This document shows positions 19,360 through 28,196 of a stretch of DNA of 64,000 nt, piece after piece. Position numbers and translations under genes: made by a program. The notes beneath the pieces were generated by a model that had not been told where the DNA came from, ran no database searches, and worked only from the letters and a program-made list of their open reading frames with translations. The stretch comes from an uncultured Candidatus Saccharibacteria bacterium (GTDB taxonomy: Bacteria > Patescibacteriota > Minisyncoccia > Phycocordibacterales > UBA2100): NCBI GenBank assembly GCA_964512835.1, contig CAZELA010000001.1, forward strand, positions 233,372 to 297,371, in the 5' to 3' direction. Positions within the stretch are counted from its first letter, which is position 1; the number at the start of each line of letters is the position of its first letter.

Positions 19360-19941
19360 GTGGCGGTATACTTGTGTGTAATGACGAATCCGCTTCAGAC
19401 GGCGAATTTTGCGCATCCGCCCCGCAATATCGGTGCGCTTGGAGTGGAACCCGGCATGATCGTCGCCGATTTCGGTTCGGGATCAGGCGCGTACGTGCAT
19501 CTGATTGCAGAGCGACTTGCGCACGCGGGTCGCGTCTATGCGATCGACGTACAACAGGATTTGTTGCGACGAATCAAGAACGAATCGCATAAGCGCGGAT
19601 ATGCGAATGTGGAAACCGTGTGGGGAGATCTTGAGCGCTCACACGGATCAAAGATTGCGGCAAATCATACCGATCGTGTCCTCATATCGAATCTCCTGTT
19701 TCAGCTCGAAGACAAAGACATTCCGCTTCGCGAGGCGTTCAGAATACTGAAGCCGAACGGTCTTTTGGCCGTGATCGACTGGAGCGAATCGTTCGGAGGG
19801 CTTGGTCCCCAAAAGAAAGATGTCGTTAAGAAAGAATCGGCCGTTAAGCACATCACAGCTGCCGGGTTCGTGATGGTGCATGAATTCGAAGCCGGCGCGC
19901 ATCACTACGGATTACTCGCAAAGAAACCCGCACACGTATGA
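19360..19941 (+). CDS. class I SAM-dependent methyltransferase
   Basis: Motif I VADFGSGSGAY; later motifs LKPNGLLAVID. Confidence 0.65.
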   Translation: MAVYLCVMTNPLQTANFAHPPRNIGALGVEPGMIVADFGSGSGAYVHLIAERLAHAGRVYAIDVQQDLLRRIKNESHKRGYANVETVWGDLERSHGSKIAANHTDRVLISNLLFQLEDKDIPLREAFRILKPNGLLAVIDWSESFGGLGPQKKDVVKKESAVKHITAAGFVMVHEFEAGAHHYGLLAKKPAHV

Positions 19942-21293
19942 AGGCCAGCGGCATGTCGATGTTCCAGGTCATTTTGCTCTGCATATTCGGTGCAGGAGCG
20001 ATTGCCGGCGTGCTTATTTTTGCGCTTGCGGTCGGCAAAGGGAACTCGAGTTCGATCGGCAATGTGGTGATCTGGGGAACGTTTGACGGCAACACATTTA
20101 CCGACTCGCTCAGACAAATTCAGGATCAGGATTCGAGCATGCTCGGTGTTACGTATGTTCAGAAGGATCCCGATTCATACATGCAGGAGCTCACTGATGC
20201 GCTCGCGAGCGGTAAGGGGCCGGATCTGTTTATTATGCGAGATGATCAGGCACTCTCTCAGGAAAGTCGTGTAATCAAGATTCCGTATACGGCAAAGGTG
20301 GGACAGCAATCGCTCACGATGAACGATTATCAGACTATTTTCGCGGATTCGATATCGCCCTTCCTGACTCCCGAGGGCAGCATGGGCATTCCGCTTTTCA
20401 TTGACCCGCTCGTTCTCTATTGGAACAAAGACATGCTGAACACGGCCGGGTATGCGCGTGCGCCGTTGTATTGGGACGAGGTGCAGGACATGGCACAAAA
20501 GATCACTAAGCGTACAGAGACCGGCACGATCATAAAGGCGACCATTCCGTTCGGTCTGTACCGCAACGTGAACAACGCAAAGGAGATTCTGTCGATGCTT
20601 GTTATGCAGGCGGGCGGCCAGATCACCGGACGGGATCAGGACAACGTACTCCAGGCTGAACTTGCGCCTCAGGAGCGCGACGTTGCTCAGTCATCGCTTG
20701 CCGCACTGAGGTTTTATACTGAATTTGCCGATCCTGCGAAGCCCGGTTATTCATGGAATGCATCCTTGCCTGAGGCGCGAAAAGCGTTTATTGCGGGGGA
20801 CCTTGCGCTCTATATCGGGCATGCGAGCGAAAAAGACACGATCAGGGCTGCGAATCCGAACCTCAATATGGCGATCGCCGCGATCCCGCAGCGACGCTCC
20901 GCGACGACCGCGAGCAACGCCGGATTTACGTATGCATTCTCCATACCGAGGACGAGTAAGAATCAGACCGGCGCATTCACGGTTGCTACCACGCTCGCGA
21001 ACGGTCAAAACGCGCTCGCGCTTTCGCAAACGTTTAATTTGCCCTCTGCACGCCGCGACGTGCTCTCAAAACCTTTCACGACCGATCTCAATGATTTTAA
21101 TAAGCAGGCGATCCTGGTGCGTTCGTGGACCGACCCGAATCCGGCTCGCACGAGCGAGATCTTTCGCGCTATGATTGAAGACACGGTCTCCGGATCGATG
21201 CTTCTCGGCGAGTCTGTGCAGCGTGCAGACCGCGAGATTGCGGCTATCCTGGACGCATACAACCAGCAGCGTAATCAGCAACAAATACAATGA
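19938..21293 (+). CDS. membrane-anchored extracellular solute-binding protein (ABC SBP family 1-like, orphan)
   Basis: N-terminal TM anchor; sugar-SBP-like LVLYWNKDMLNTAGY...PLYWDEV; no permease or ATPase adjacent. Confidence 0.55.
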   Translation: MKASGMSMFQVILLCIFGAGAIAGVLIFALAVGKGNSSSIGNVVIWGTFDGNTFTDSLRQIQDQDSSMLGVTYVQKDPDSYMQELTDALASGKGPDLFIMRDDQALSQESRVIKIPYTAKVGQQSLTMNDYQTIFADSISPFLTPEGSMGIPLFIDPLVLYWNKDMLNTAGYARAPLYWDEVQDMAQKITKRTETGTIIKATIPFGLYRNVNNAKEILSMLVMQAGGQITGRDQDNVLQAELAPQERDVAQSSLAALRFYTEFADPAKPGYSWNASLPEARKAFIAGDLALYIGHASEKDTIRAANPNLNMAIAAIPQRRSATTASNAGFTYAFSIPRTSKNQTGAFTVATTLANGQNALALSQTFNLPSARRDVLSKPFTTDLNDFNKQAILVRSWTDPNPARTSEIFRAMIEDTVSGSMLLGESVQRADREIAAILDAYNQQRNQQQIQ

Positions 21294-21661
21294 AGACACG
21301 TACGGTGATAACTGCACATGTGCTCGTGGGAGCGATGGTCGCACTTTTGGGGGCGGATGTCGCGTTTGCGCAAACACAATCAGGGCTTCGTAACCCGCTC
21401 GAAGGGGGAGGCATCAGTACTATTCCGCAATTCATCTCGAGCGCCTTGAAAGTGATGGTTATGGTGGCGCTCCCGATTATTACCCTGTTCATGGTGTATT
21501 CGGGCTTTTTGTTCGTACTTGCACAAGGAAACCAGGAGCAGCTTGCGAAAGCAAAAACAAACTTCGTATACGTAGTCATCGGCGCAATCCTTATCCTGGG
21601 TGCGTGGGTCTTTGCGTCACTGCTTGGCGGAACCATATCCGAACTCACGAGCGGCACATGA
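21290..21661 (+). CDS. TrbC/VirB2-like (T4SS-pilin-like) small membrane protein, paralog A
   Basis: Signal peptide plus two hydrophobic helices; ATGA overlap with upstream gene. Confidence 0.5.
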   Translation: MKTRTVITAHVLVGAMVALLGADVAFAQTQSGLRNPLEGGGISTIPQFISSALKVMVMVALPIITLFMVYSGFLFVLAQGNQEQLAKAKTNFVYVVIGAILILGAWVFASLLGGTISELTSGT

Positions 21662-22062
21662 GGACGATACTGCGCATCGCACCGTTTCTGGCCCTCGCGT
21701 TGCCGTTCAGCGCTTCTGCGGAAGTTGCACATACGCTGCGCGACCTTGTCGGTCAGATTGTGAACCTATTAAACACGGCGACCGGCGTCCTGGTCGCTGC
21801 GGCGCTTGTCGCGTTTCTGTACGGCGCTGCCTACAACATGATGAAGGCGGGCGAACGTGGAAGCGGAGCCCTCAGGCAGTTTTTGGTCTGGGGTGTGATC
21901 ATTCTGTTCGTGATGGTATCCATCTGGGGCATCCTCAATGTACTTCAGCAGACGCTCTTCGGAACGGGTGCCGGCGGATCAAGCAGCGGCGGCTCCGGCA
22001 TCAACGGAAGCGGAGGATCGGGTGTGCGGAATGACCCCGGATCGAATATTATTTTCGAATAG
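21658..22062 (+). CDS. TrbC/VirB2-like small membrane protein, paralog B
   Basis: Signal peptide ...SASAEVAH; helices with FVMVSIWGILNVL shared with paralog D; Gly/Ser-rich tail; ATGA overlap with A. Confidence 0.5.
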   Translation: MRTILRIAPFLALALPFSASAEVAHTLRDLVGQIVNLLNTATGVLVAAALVAFLYGAAYNMMKAGERGSGALRQFLVWGVIILFVMVSIWGILNVLQQTLFGTGAGGSSSGGSGINGSGGSGVRNDPGSNIIFE

Positions 22063-22063
22063 T

Positions 22064-22390
22064 ATGGACCTGTCTACGGTCGTTGCACTGTTTAATATTG
22101 TCGTCGGGGGGATGCTGGTGATATCGATCCTCATGATGTTCGGCGGCCTGGGGCTCTGGTACGTGCGCCTCGGTACGTGGCCGACATATCGCGACGAAGC
22201 GATTGACTACATGCGGTGGGGAGTATCAGTGCTGTTCGTTCTTGTCGTGCTGCTTGGCATTGCGCAATACGTTCAGACTCACATGGCTCTCTCTATGCTT
22301 GCGCTCGGGGCAGTGGTCGCGGCCATTGTTGTGTACTTTGTCGGTACACAGCTTATGGCCGGAGGCGGAGACGAGGAAGAACACCACTAG
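22064..22390 (+). CDS. small polytopic membrane protein, paralog C (no signal peptide, acidic tail)
   Basis: Starts 2 nt after B's stop; 3 TM; C-terminus GGGDEEEHH. Confidence 0.45.
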   Translation: MDLSTVVALFNIVVGGMLVISILMMFGGLGLWYVRLGTWPTYRDEAIDYMRWGVSVLFVLVVLLGIAQYVQTHMALSMLALGAVVAAIVVYFVGTQLMAGGGDEEEHH

Positions 22391-22501
22391 TGGTTTGTGC
22401 AGACGCTTCCCGCTATCCACATTCATAAAAATGTGGCCTTGTACTCGTGCGTACACGGGATACGATTGAGGAACTAGTACTAACGTTATTTCTTTATTTT
22501 T

Positions 22502-22873
22502 ATGCGCAGAACGCTTATTCAGATCGGTTCGACAGCAGCGACCCTCGCTTTCGTAGGCCTTCCGTCACTCGTTGCCGCACAGCAGACGGCTGCACAGGGA
22601 CTCTTGGGTACGCTCGCGCTTGCGAACCGCATTCTCAACGGTTTGGTTGGTCTCCTCATTCTCGTCGCTATCCTCGCGTTCTTCTGGGGTTTGATCAAAT
22701 ACCTCTTCTCGGGAGGCGGTGAAGATAAGTCAGAAGGTCTCAAGCTCATGTTCTACGGTGTCATCGCGATCTTCGTGATGGTATCAATCTGGGGCATCAT
22801 CCGACTCCTTCAGAACACATTCGGTGTTACGCAGAACACGTCGATCACTCCTGACGGTATCCGCTCCTTCTAA
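22502..22873 (+). CDS. TrbC/VirB2-like small membrane protein, paralog D
   Basis: Signal peptide ...LVAAQQ; two helices; FVMVSIWGIIRLLQNTFG. Confidence 0.5.
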   Translation: MRRTLIQIGSTAATLAFVGLPSLVAAQQTAAQGLLGTLALANRILNGLVGLLILVAILAFFWGLIKYLFSGGGEDKSEGLKLMFYGVIAIFVMVSIWGIIRLLQNTFGVTQNTSITPDGIRSF

Positions 22874-22896
22874 GCTCGCTCTGATATTGCGGGCAT

Positions 22897-23202
22897 ATGG
22901 AAGCGGCAGCAACGATAGTCCAACGGCTCAACGACCTGATCATCAGGCCATTGATCCTGTTGGTATTTGCCGGCGGGTTCTTCCTGTTCATGTGGGGGTT
23001 GGTTGTGTTTTTGTGGAATTCGCGCGAAGGGGAAGTTGCGACCGAGGGTAAGCAGCACATGCTCTGGGGTATCGTGGGCATGTTCGTGATGATCTCGGTG
23101 GGCGGAATTCTTTCCATCATCCTCAACACCTTTGGAATCAATCAGACGAGTGCGACCGATACGAGTAATGCGCAGGGGTTCAGCAATGTGCAGTTTAGGT
23201 AA
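22897..23202 (+). CDS. small membrane protein, paralog E
   Basis: Two TM; MFVMISVGGILSIILNTFG homologous to B and D. Confidence 0.45.
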   Translation: MEAAATIVQRLNDLIIRPLILLVFAGGFFLFMWGLVVFLWNSREGEVATEGKQHMLWGIVGMFVMISVGGILSIILNTFGINQTSATDTSNAQGFSNVQFR

Positions 23203-23362
23203 GAAACGGGGACTCGATCACGAATAAAATCCACGCCGTCGCGATCAAGGGGGACTCGGCCAAGCGCTCGCTTCGTCGCCGTCGCGACGAAGCTCCGTTC
23301 GGCCCTGCTCGCGCATCCCCGTCTACTGACGGGGCCCCAGCGCTCGCTTTCTCGTCCCCGCC

Positions 23363-23410
23363 TTTGCTCTACCAAATACAAAAGATCGAGGCATGCCTCG
23401 ATCTTTTGTA
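23363..23410. terminator. long perfect palindrome / bidirectional terminator
   Basis: CAAATACAAAAGATCGAGGCATGCCTCGATCTTTTGTATTTG (19-bp stem). Confidence 0.7.
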
Positions 23411-23416
23411 TTTGTG

Positions 23417-23498
23417 TGGGCAAGGGGGGACTCGAACCCCCAATCCTTACGGAACCAGTTCCTAAGACTGGCGCGTATACCAATTCCGCCACTTGCCC
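23417..23498 (-). tRNA. tRNA-Leu (anticodon TAG), type II, CCA not encoded
   Basis: Manual fold: acceptor GGGCAAG/CTTGCCC, anticodon loop CTTAGGA, long variable arm, T-arm GGTTCGAGTCC. Confidence 0.8.
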
Positions 23499-23573
23499 AT
23501 CTGCACGATATTACACCTTTTCGGCTCGACCGAGCTATCGGTAACTCGCGCCGTAACGCACTATTTTCCTTTG

Positions 23574-23594
23574 CCAATTCCGCCACTTGCCCAT
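23574..23594 (-). repeat. exact 21-bp copy of the tRNA-Leu(TAG) 5' end in its upstream leader
   Basis: CCAATTCCGCCACTTGCCCAT also at 23480-23500; preceded on the tRNA strand by a TATAGT -10-like box. Confidence 0.7.
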
Positions 23595-23628
23595 TCGCGG
23601 CACACTATAGCACCAATTGTATCGAATG

Positions 23629-23657
23629 TTGACAATGGTATTTCAACATGCTATTAT
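23629..23657 (+). promoter_or_regulatory. consensus sigma70-type promoter for the DEAD-box helicase gene
   Basis: TTGACA, 17 bp, TATTAT; about 125-nt leader before the ATG at 23789. Confidence 0.6.
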
Positions 23658-23788
23658 CCACACACCAACGTACTCGTATTCTTTTGTCTTGAGCTACCTC
23701 TCGAGACCGCCCCGTAGTCGAATTGTGGGGTCGAGGAAAGCTCGAGGCGCTGGAATTAACGACTAGTGCCGTATATTCGGCTTACTAT

Positions 23789-24997
23789 ATGTACAAACAG
23801 TACTCACGTTCGGGCGGCGGTTCTCGCTCCCGATTCGGCGGACGCTCCGGCGGCCGCGCAAATTATCCGAAAAGTCGCGCACCGCGACAGATGGGTCAAT
23901 ACATTGATCCGGCTCGCTTTGTAAACAAGGCGACAGTCACCGAGGTGCAGGACGTATTCGTGCCGCAGCATAACTTCGCGGACTTTGACGTAGCAGACAG
24001 CCTGAAAAACAACATCATCAAGAAAGGCTACGTAACTCCGACTCCTATTCAGGACCATGCGATCCCGCATGTGCTCCATGGTGAAGATGTGCTCGGTATT
24101 GCTGATACCGGTACCGGCAAGACCGCAGCGTTCCTCATTCCGCTCATCAACAAAGTATTGAATGACCGATCGCAAAAGGTATTGATTATGGTGCCGACCC
24201 GTGAACTCGCGACTCAGATCGAGGACGAGTACTGGGGATTCGCAGACCACATGCGCATCGGCGCGGTGACCGTTGTAGGCGGTGCGAACATCAATAAGCA
24301 GATCCAGACGCTCCGACGACGACCGAACTTTGTAATCGGTACACCGGGACGACTGAAAGATCTCATGAGCCAGGGCGAGCTCGACCTCTCGGACTTCAAC
24401 ACTGTTGTTCTCGACGAGGCAGACCGCATGCTCGACATGGGTTTCATCCAGGACATGCGATTCATTCTTTCGCACATGCCGACGGAGCGGCACACGCTGT
24501 TTTTTACAGCGACGCTCTCGCGCGACATCGAACGAATGGTGCACGACTTCCTCAATAATCCGGTCCAGATCAAGATCAAGACGCGCGATACTGCTGCGTC
24601 AGTGGATCAGGACATCGTGAATGTGCGCGGTCGTGAAAAGATCGACGTGCTGCAGGAATTGCTCGCTCAGCCGGAATTCGAAAAGGTAATAGTCTTCGGA
24701 CGTACCAAACACGGCGTCGAAAAGCTTGCAAAAATGCTCGCAAAGAACGGATTCAAAGCTGAGTCCATTCACGGCAACAAAACGCAGAATAAGCGTGACC
24801 GCGCGCTCACATCGTTCAAAAAGGGACAGGTAAATATCCTCGTTGCGACAGACGTCGCTGCCCGAGGTATCGACGTCTCGGACGTATCGCACGTGATCAA
24901 CTACGATCAGCCGACGACCTACGATGACTATGTACACCGCATCGGCCGAACAGGCCGCGCAGGCAAGGCGGGAAAGGCGCTGACATTTGTCGGCTAA
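23789..24997 (+). CDS. DEAD-box ATP-dependent RNA helicase with N-terminal RGG-rich segment
   Basis: Motifs ADTGTGKT, PTRELA, DEAD (VLDEADRML), SAT, HRIGRTGRAG; N-terminus SRSGGGSRSRFGGRSGGR. Confidence 0.85.
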   Translation: MYKQYSRSGGGSRSRFGGRSGGRANYPKSRAPRQMGQYIDPARFVNKATVTEVQDVFVPQHNFADFDVADSLKNNIIKKGYVTPTPIQDHAIPHVLHGEDVLGIADTGTGKTAAFLIPLINKVLNDRSQKVLIMVPTRELATQIEDEYWGFADHMRIGAVTVVGGANINKQIQTLRRRPNFVIGTPGRLKDLMSQGELDLSDFNTVVLDEADRMLDMGFIQDMRFILSHMPTERHTLFFTATLSRDIERMVHDFLNNPVQIKIKTRDTAASVDQDIVNVRGREKIDVLQELLAQPEFEKVIVFGRTKHGVEKLAKMLAKNGFKAESIHGNKTQNKRDRALTSFKKGQVNILVATDVAARGIDVSDVSHVINYDQPTTYDDYVHRIGRTGRAGKAGKALTFVG

Positions 24998-25006
24998 ACA
25001 GCACGA

Positions 25007-25045
25007 CGTTGGAAAAACGACCCCTCAAGAGGGGTCGTTTTGCAT
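25007..25045. terminator. bidirectional terminator
   Basis: AAAAACGACCCCTCAAGAGGGGTCGTTTTGC. Confidence 0.7.
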
Positions 25046-25117
25046 TGGTATACCTTATGTATCGCTGGTAATCGAAAAAGATACCGAAGCGATCAGGAGG
25101 GTCGTGCAGCGTGACGC

Positions 25118-26392
25118 CTAGGCCGCGCTGTCGGGCGTCTGCGGCATTCCTTTGATGAGTGTAGCCACCTCGTGCCACAGCGATGTCGGGTCCGACATCT
25201 GTTTCTCGGCAAGTGCCCAGTCGAACTGCCCGCGAACATACTTGCGGCTGTCCTGGATGCCTTCTTCGTGCGGTAGGTTCGACATACCGATCTCGTCGCC
25301 GTAGTACATGATGGGCGAGCCGGGGAGTGAGTAGAGGAGTTTGAATGCGCGTCGCATACCCTCGCGGTCTCCGCGAAACACCTGACCGACCCGCGCCGAT
25401 GTAAACGGTGTCTTTTTGAAGTGGAACAATCCATCCGGATCGAGGAAGGCGACGAGTGCCGATCGGATGCCCGGTTCAAGTGTGGCGAGCGAAATCTCGT
25501 CGTGATTGCGTAGGAATATTGCCCAGGAACAATTATCGGGAATATCCGATGTGGCATCTACCATCTCTTGCACGGCGAGCGTCTCGCTCTTTTGGAGTGC
25601 GAGCCACATTTGCTCCATAAGATTGAAGTGGTAGGCCATATGACACTCGTCACCGTCGCCGAAATACTTCTTTGTATCCTCTACACTCAAGTGTGCCTCG
25701 GACAGGAGAATCACGTCCGGGTATTCTTTTTCAAGGGCGGCTCGTAGTCGCTTGAGCACCGCATGCGTCTCGGGCAATCCGCGACAATTGGTGCCGTCGC
25801 GCTTTACCAGGAATGGGGCAGCATCGAGCCGGAATCCGCTCACGCCCATATCTGCCCAGAATTTCATTACTCCAAACATTTCATTGAACACCTCGTCGTT
25901 GTCCCAATTGAGATCCGGTTGCTCGGGATAAAACGTGGCGAAATAGTAGTCGCCCGTTGTCTCGTTTGGCATCCATACGGTATCGCCAAACATGTTTTGA
26001 GCGAGCGGGAACTCGGTTCCCGTTTCCGACCAGAGATAGTAATCGCGTTTGGGATTGGAGCGTGAGGAGCTCGCTTCGATAAACCACGGGTGTTTGTTGC
26101 TCGTGTGATTAAGAACGAGATCGAGGATGATACGTATGCCGCGACCGCGCGCTTCGCGCACGAGCCGTTCCATGTCGTGGATGGTACCGAGGTCTTCGCG
26201 CACATTGCGGTAGTCCGAGATGTCGTATCCGTCATCAATCATCGGCGACGGGTAGTGGGGCAGGATGTGGAGACAGTTGATACCGAGTGCCTCAAAATAC
26301 GGCAGCTGCGCCGTAAGGCCGTTCAAATCTTTGTTGAACTTGTCGACATACAGCTCGTATATTTTTGCTGATTTCCACCAGTATTCGGCCAT
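25118..26392 (-). CDS. GH13 alpha-amylase-family glycoside hydrolase (catalytic domain only)
   Basis: GH13 regions DLVLNHTS, GFRLDAA, EAH...; start taken at MAEYWWK. Confidence 0.7.
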   Translation of the reverse strand: MAEYWWKSAKIYELYVDKFNKDLNGLTAQLPYFEALGINCLHILPHYPSPMIDDGYDISDYRNVREDLGTIHDMERLVREARGRGIRIILDLVLNHTSNKHPWFIEASSSRSNPKRDYYLWSETGTEFPLAQNMFGDTVWMPNETTGDYYFATFYPEQPDLNWDNDEVFNEMFGVMKFWADMGVSGFRLDAAPFLVKRDGTNCRGLPETHAVLKRLRAALEKEYPDVILLSEAHLSVEDTKKYFGDGDECHMAYHFNLMEQMWLALQKSETLAVQEMVDATSDIPDNCSWAIFLRNHDEISLATLEPGIRSALVAFLDPDGLFHFKKTPFTSARVGQVFRGDREGMRRAFKLLYSLPGSPIMYYGDEIGMSNLPHEEGIQDSRKYVRGQFDWALAEKQMSDPTSLWHEVATLIKGMPQTPDSAA

Positions 26393-26435
26393 CGGTCGAT
26401 TATAGGGCACTTCACCGTGGGCGGCGCTTGTCAGT

Positions 26436-27002
26436 GTGGTCTCGCAATGGTACACCTGCCAGCAGTTCAGGGAGGATGAATCGATGAAAATGCTGAGACG
26501 CTGGTTCTCTACATTCGTTGATAGTGCAGTTGTGATCGACGTGGACTACTCCAAGCCCCTCTATATACCAATAGGGGCGAGCGGTTTGAGCCGGCATCGG
26601 CCAGTTGGAACTGGCCGTATGTCGCTGCTGCCGCATAGTTTTGAATTGCGTGAGATGCCGCTGGGCATGACGTACGACGGATATTTCGACGCGCATGGCG
26701 ATGACATGATGTGCGATGCGGCCGTTCTCGACGGCATCGTGGCGTACGTCACGAAGGATGGTTTGGATGGGCGCTCGGTCGAACGGCGAATGTTCAAGTT
26801 GTTCGGCGACTTCCGCGGGCAAGTTTTTTTCCTGGGGACGTCGTTTACGTCGCCGGATAATGGGGTACATGTACCGTATTTGAATGTGCGGACAAACATG
26901 CCGGCCCTCAGGTACGCGTGCCCGTCGCATCATCCGATGAATCACGATTTCGACGTGCGCGTGTGTCACCTTGCACCGGTGCAACCAATCGTCGGCCCGT
27001 AG
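26436..27002 (+). CDS. hypothetical protein (strand assignment uncertain)
   Basis: 188-aa ORF with GC3-rich codons, convergent with cspA onto a shared terminator; a 199-aa antisense ORF also exists. Confidence 0.3.
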   Translation: MVSQWYTCQQFREDESMKMLRRWFSTFVDSAVVIDVDYSKPLYIPIGASGLSRHRPVGTGRMSLLPHSFELREMPLGMTYDGYFDAHGDDMMCDAAVLDGIVAYVTKDGLDGRSVERRMFKLFGDFRGQVFFLGTSFTSPDNGVHVPYLNVRTNMPALRYACPSHHPMNHDFDVRVCHLAPVQPIVGP

Positions 27003-27021
27003 GTCCGTCACTGTTCAATAC

Positions 27022-27055
27022 AAAAGGCCCCGTCTTACGACGGGGCCTTTCATGT
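27022..27055. terminator. bidirectional terminator
   Basis: AAAAGGCCCCGTCTTACGACGGGGCCTTTCATG. Confidence 0.7.
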
Positions 27056-27062
27056 AGATCGC

Positions 27063-27263
27063 TTAGATCTTGCTCACTTTGAGAGCGTTCGGGCCCTTCG
27101 GGCTTTCACCTACTTCAAAGCTTACTTTGTCTCCCTCGCGGAGGTCGTTGAACTGAACGTTCTGAAGTTCGTTCATGTGGAAAAAGAGATCCTTTTCCTG
27201 TCCGTTGACGGAGATAAATCCGAATCCCTTGTCGGTGAGTCGGGCGATGGTTCCTTCTTGCAT
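27063..27263 (-). CDS. cspA: cold-shock protein (CspA family)
   Basis: 66 aa; RNP1-like KGFGFI and FFHMNEL. Confidence 0.9.
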   Translation of the reverse strand: MQEGTIARLTDKGFGFISVNGQEKDLFFHMNELQNVQFNDLREGDKVSFEVGESPKGPNALKVSKI

Positions 27264-27580
27264 GGCAATGAGAATATCTTGAATAGATTCCCGTGAGGGA
27301 AATCAATACAGGACTGGAGTTTAGGTCGATCCCTGCTTCTCTGGATCAGCTCTGGTTGATACGTAAAAGATACCATGTGAAAAATGATGTGTCAATGAAT
27401 CGTGATTTGTTTGAGGCTGATTCCGAGATGTGGTGCCGGCAAGTATCGAGATGCGACATCGACTACGCTCCATGAGTGGTCAGGGATATTTTCCTCGCCG
27501 CCGCTCGGAAAATTCCACGATTCTGCCTTGCCTGTCGCAAAAGCTTTTGCAACATGGCTCCGGCTCGCACAAAGCGAAAA
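27264..27580 (-). promoter_or_regulatory. probable long cspA 5' leader and promoter region (no convincing ORF)
   Basis: About 300 nt without coding signal between the upstream terminator and the cspA ATG; csp genes classically have long structured leaders. Confidence 0.35.
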
Positions 27581-27584
27581 AACC

Positions 27585-27612
27585 TGGCGCAGGCCAGGTT
27601 TGTTTCGTCTTT
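27585..27612 (-). terminator. terminator of the low-GC hypothetical gene
   Basis: AACCTGGCGCAGGCCAGGTT hairpin with T-run on the minus strand. Confidence 0.6.
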
Positions 27613-27643
27613 GTGCGCCCAATGGGACGTTATCGGAACGGAA

Positions 27644-28168
27644 CTATTGGCAGGAGTCACGCAGATCGCCAGTTAGCCATGTTGCCGATTTTTTTGCCTC
27701 ATCAATATTTCTCAGCTGTAAATTATTTGGAACACCTGCTTGATGGCGCTTTTCTTCGAACTGAGTTTCAGTAAATGCCTGCATCGTTTGACCCGAGTGC
27801 GGGTCAATAACCCACCAGTAGGTTATCGATTCATCGGGGATGCAATTTGAACAATCCTCCATGCGTGGGTGCGGTTTCTCCAGCGGGTGTGTCTTCGCAA
27901 GAACATAGTCGTCATCCCACGCAATTTCAAATATGGATTCGGGAATGAACCCCCCAGCATCACCAATATCCGTGCAATTTACATATACAGCATATGCACT
28001 GCTCCTGTTCAGTTTGCAATGTGAATTTAACTGATATTCATAGTCTGCTAAACCGGGTCCAAAACCACATTTAAGAATAGTGCTGTAAAAAGAGAAACAA
28101 ATAAAAATCCACACGATGCTGGCGCCAATCCAAAAATACTTCGGATTCCGAACGATGGCTTTCAACAT
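27644..28168 (-). CDS. hypothetical membrane-anchored protein, low GC
   Basis: 174 aa, N-terminal TM, Cys-containing; about 45% GC versus 55-58% in flanks. Confidence 0.45.
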   Translation of the reverse strand: MLKAIVRNPKYFWIGASIVWIFICFSFYSTILKCGFGPGLADYEYQLNSHCKLNRSSAYAVYVNCTDIGDAGGFIPESIFEIAWDDDYVLAKTHPLEKPHPRMEDCSNCIPDESITYWWVIDPHSGQTMQAFTETQFEEKRHQAGVPNNLQLRNIDEAKKSATWLTGDLRDSCQ

Positions 28169-28196
28169 AGGAAAACTATGTCACGAAACTGAAAAC

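Noticed and set aside
21290-23202. Pilin-like array as a CRISPR-like or other non-coding repeat array
   Set aside because: The similarity is at the protein level (paralogous ORFs with signal peptides). The DNA repeats are neither short nor regularly spaced. No CRISPR repeat-spacer structure was found anywhere in the window.
23142-23632. Track ORFs 23142..23492(-), 23323..23586(-), 23393..23632(+) and 23493..23717(+)
   Set aside because: They overlap the tRNA-Leu(TAG) gene, its leader repeat and the palindromic terminator. No RBS or coding bias is evident, so they are treated as spurious.
26412-27011. 199-aa minus-strand ORF overlapping the plus-strand hypothetical 26436..27002
   Set aside because: Only one strand can reasonably be coding. 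The plus ORF was preferred because of terminator geometry (convergent with cspA) and codon pattern, but confidence is low for both.
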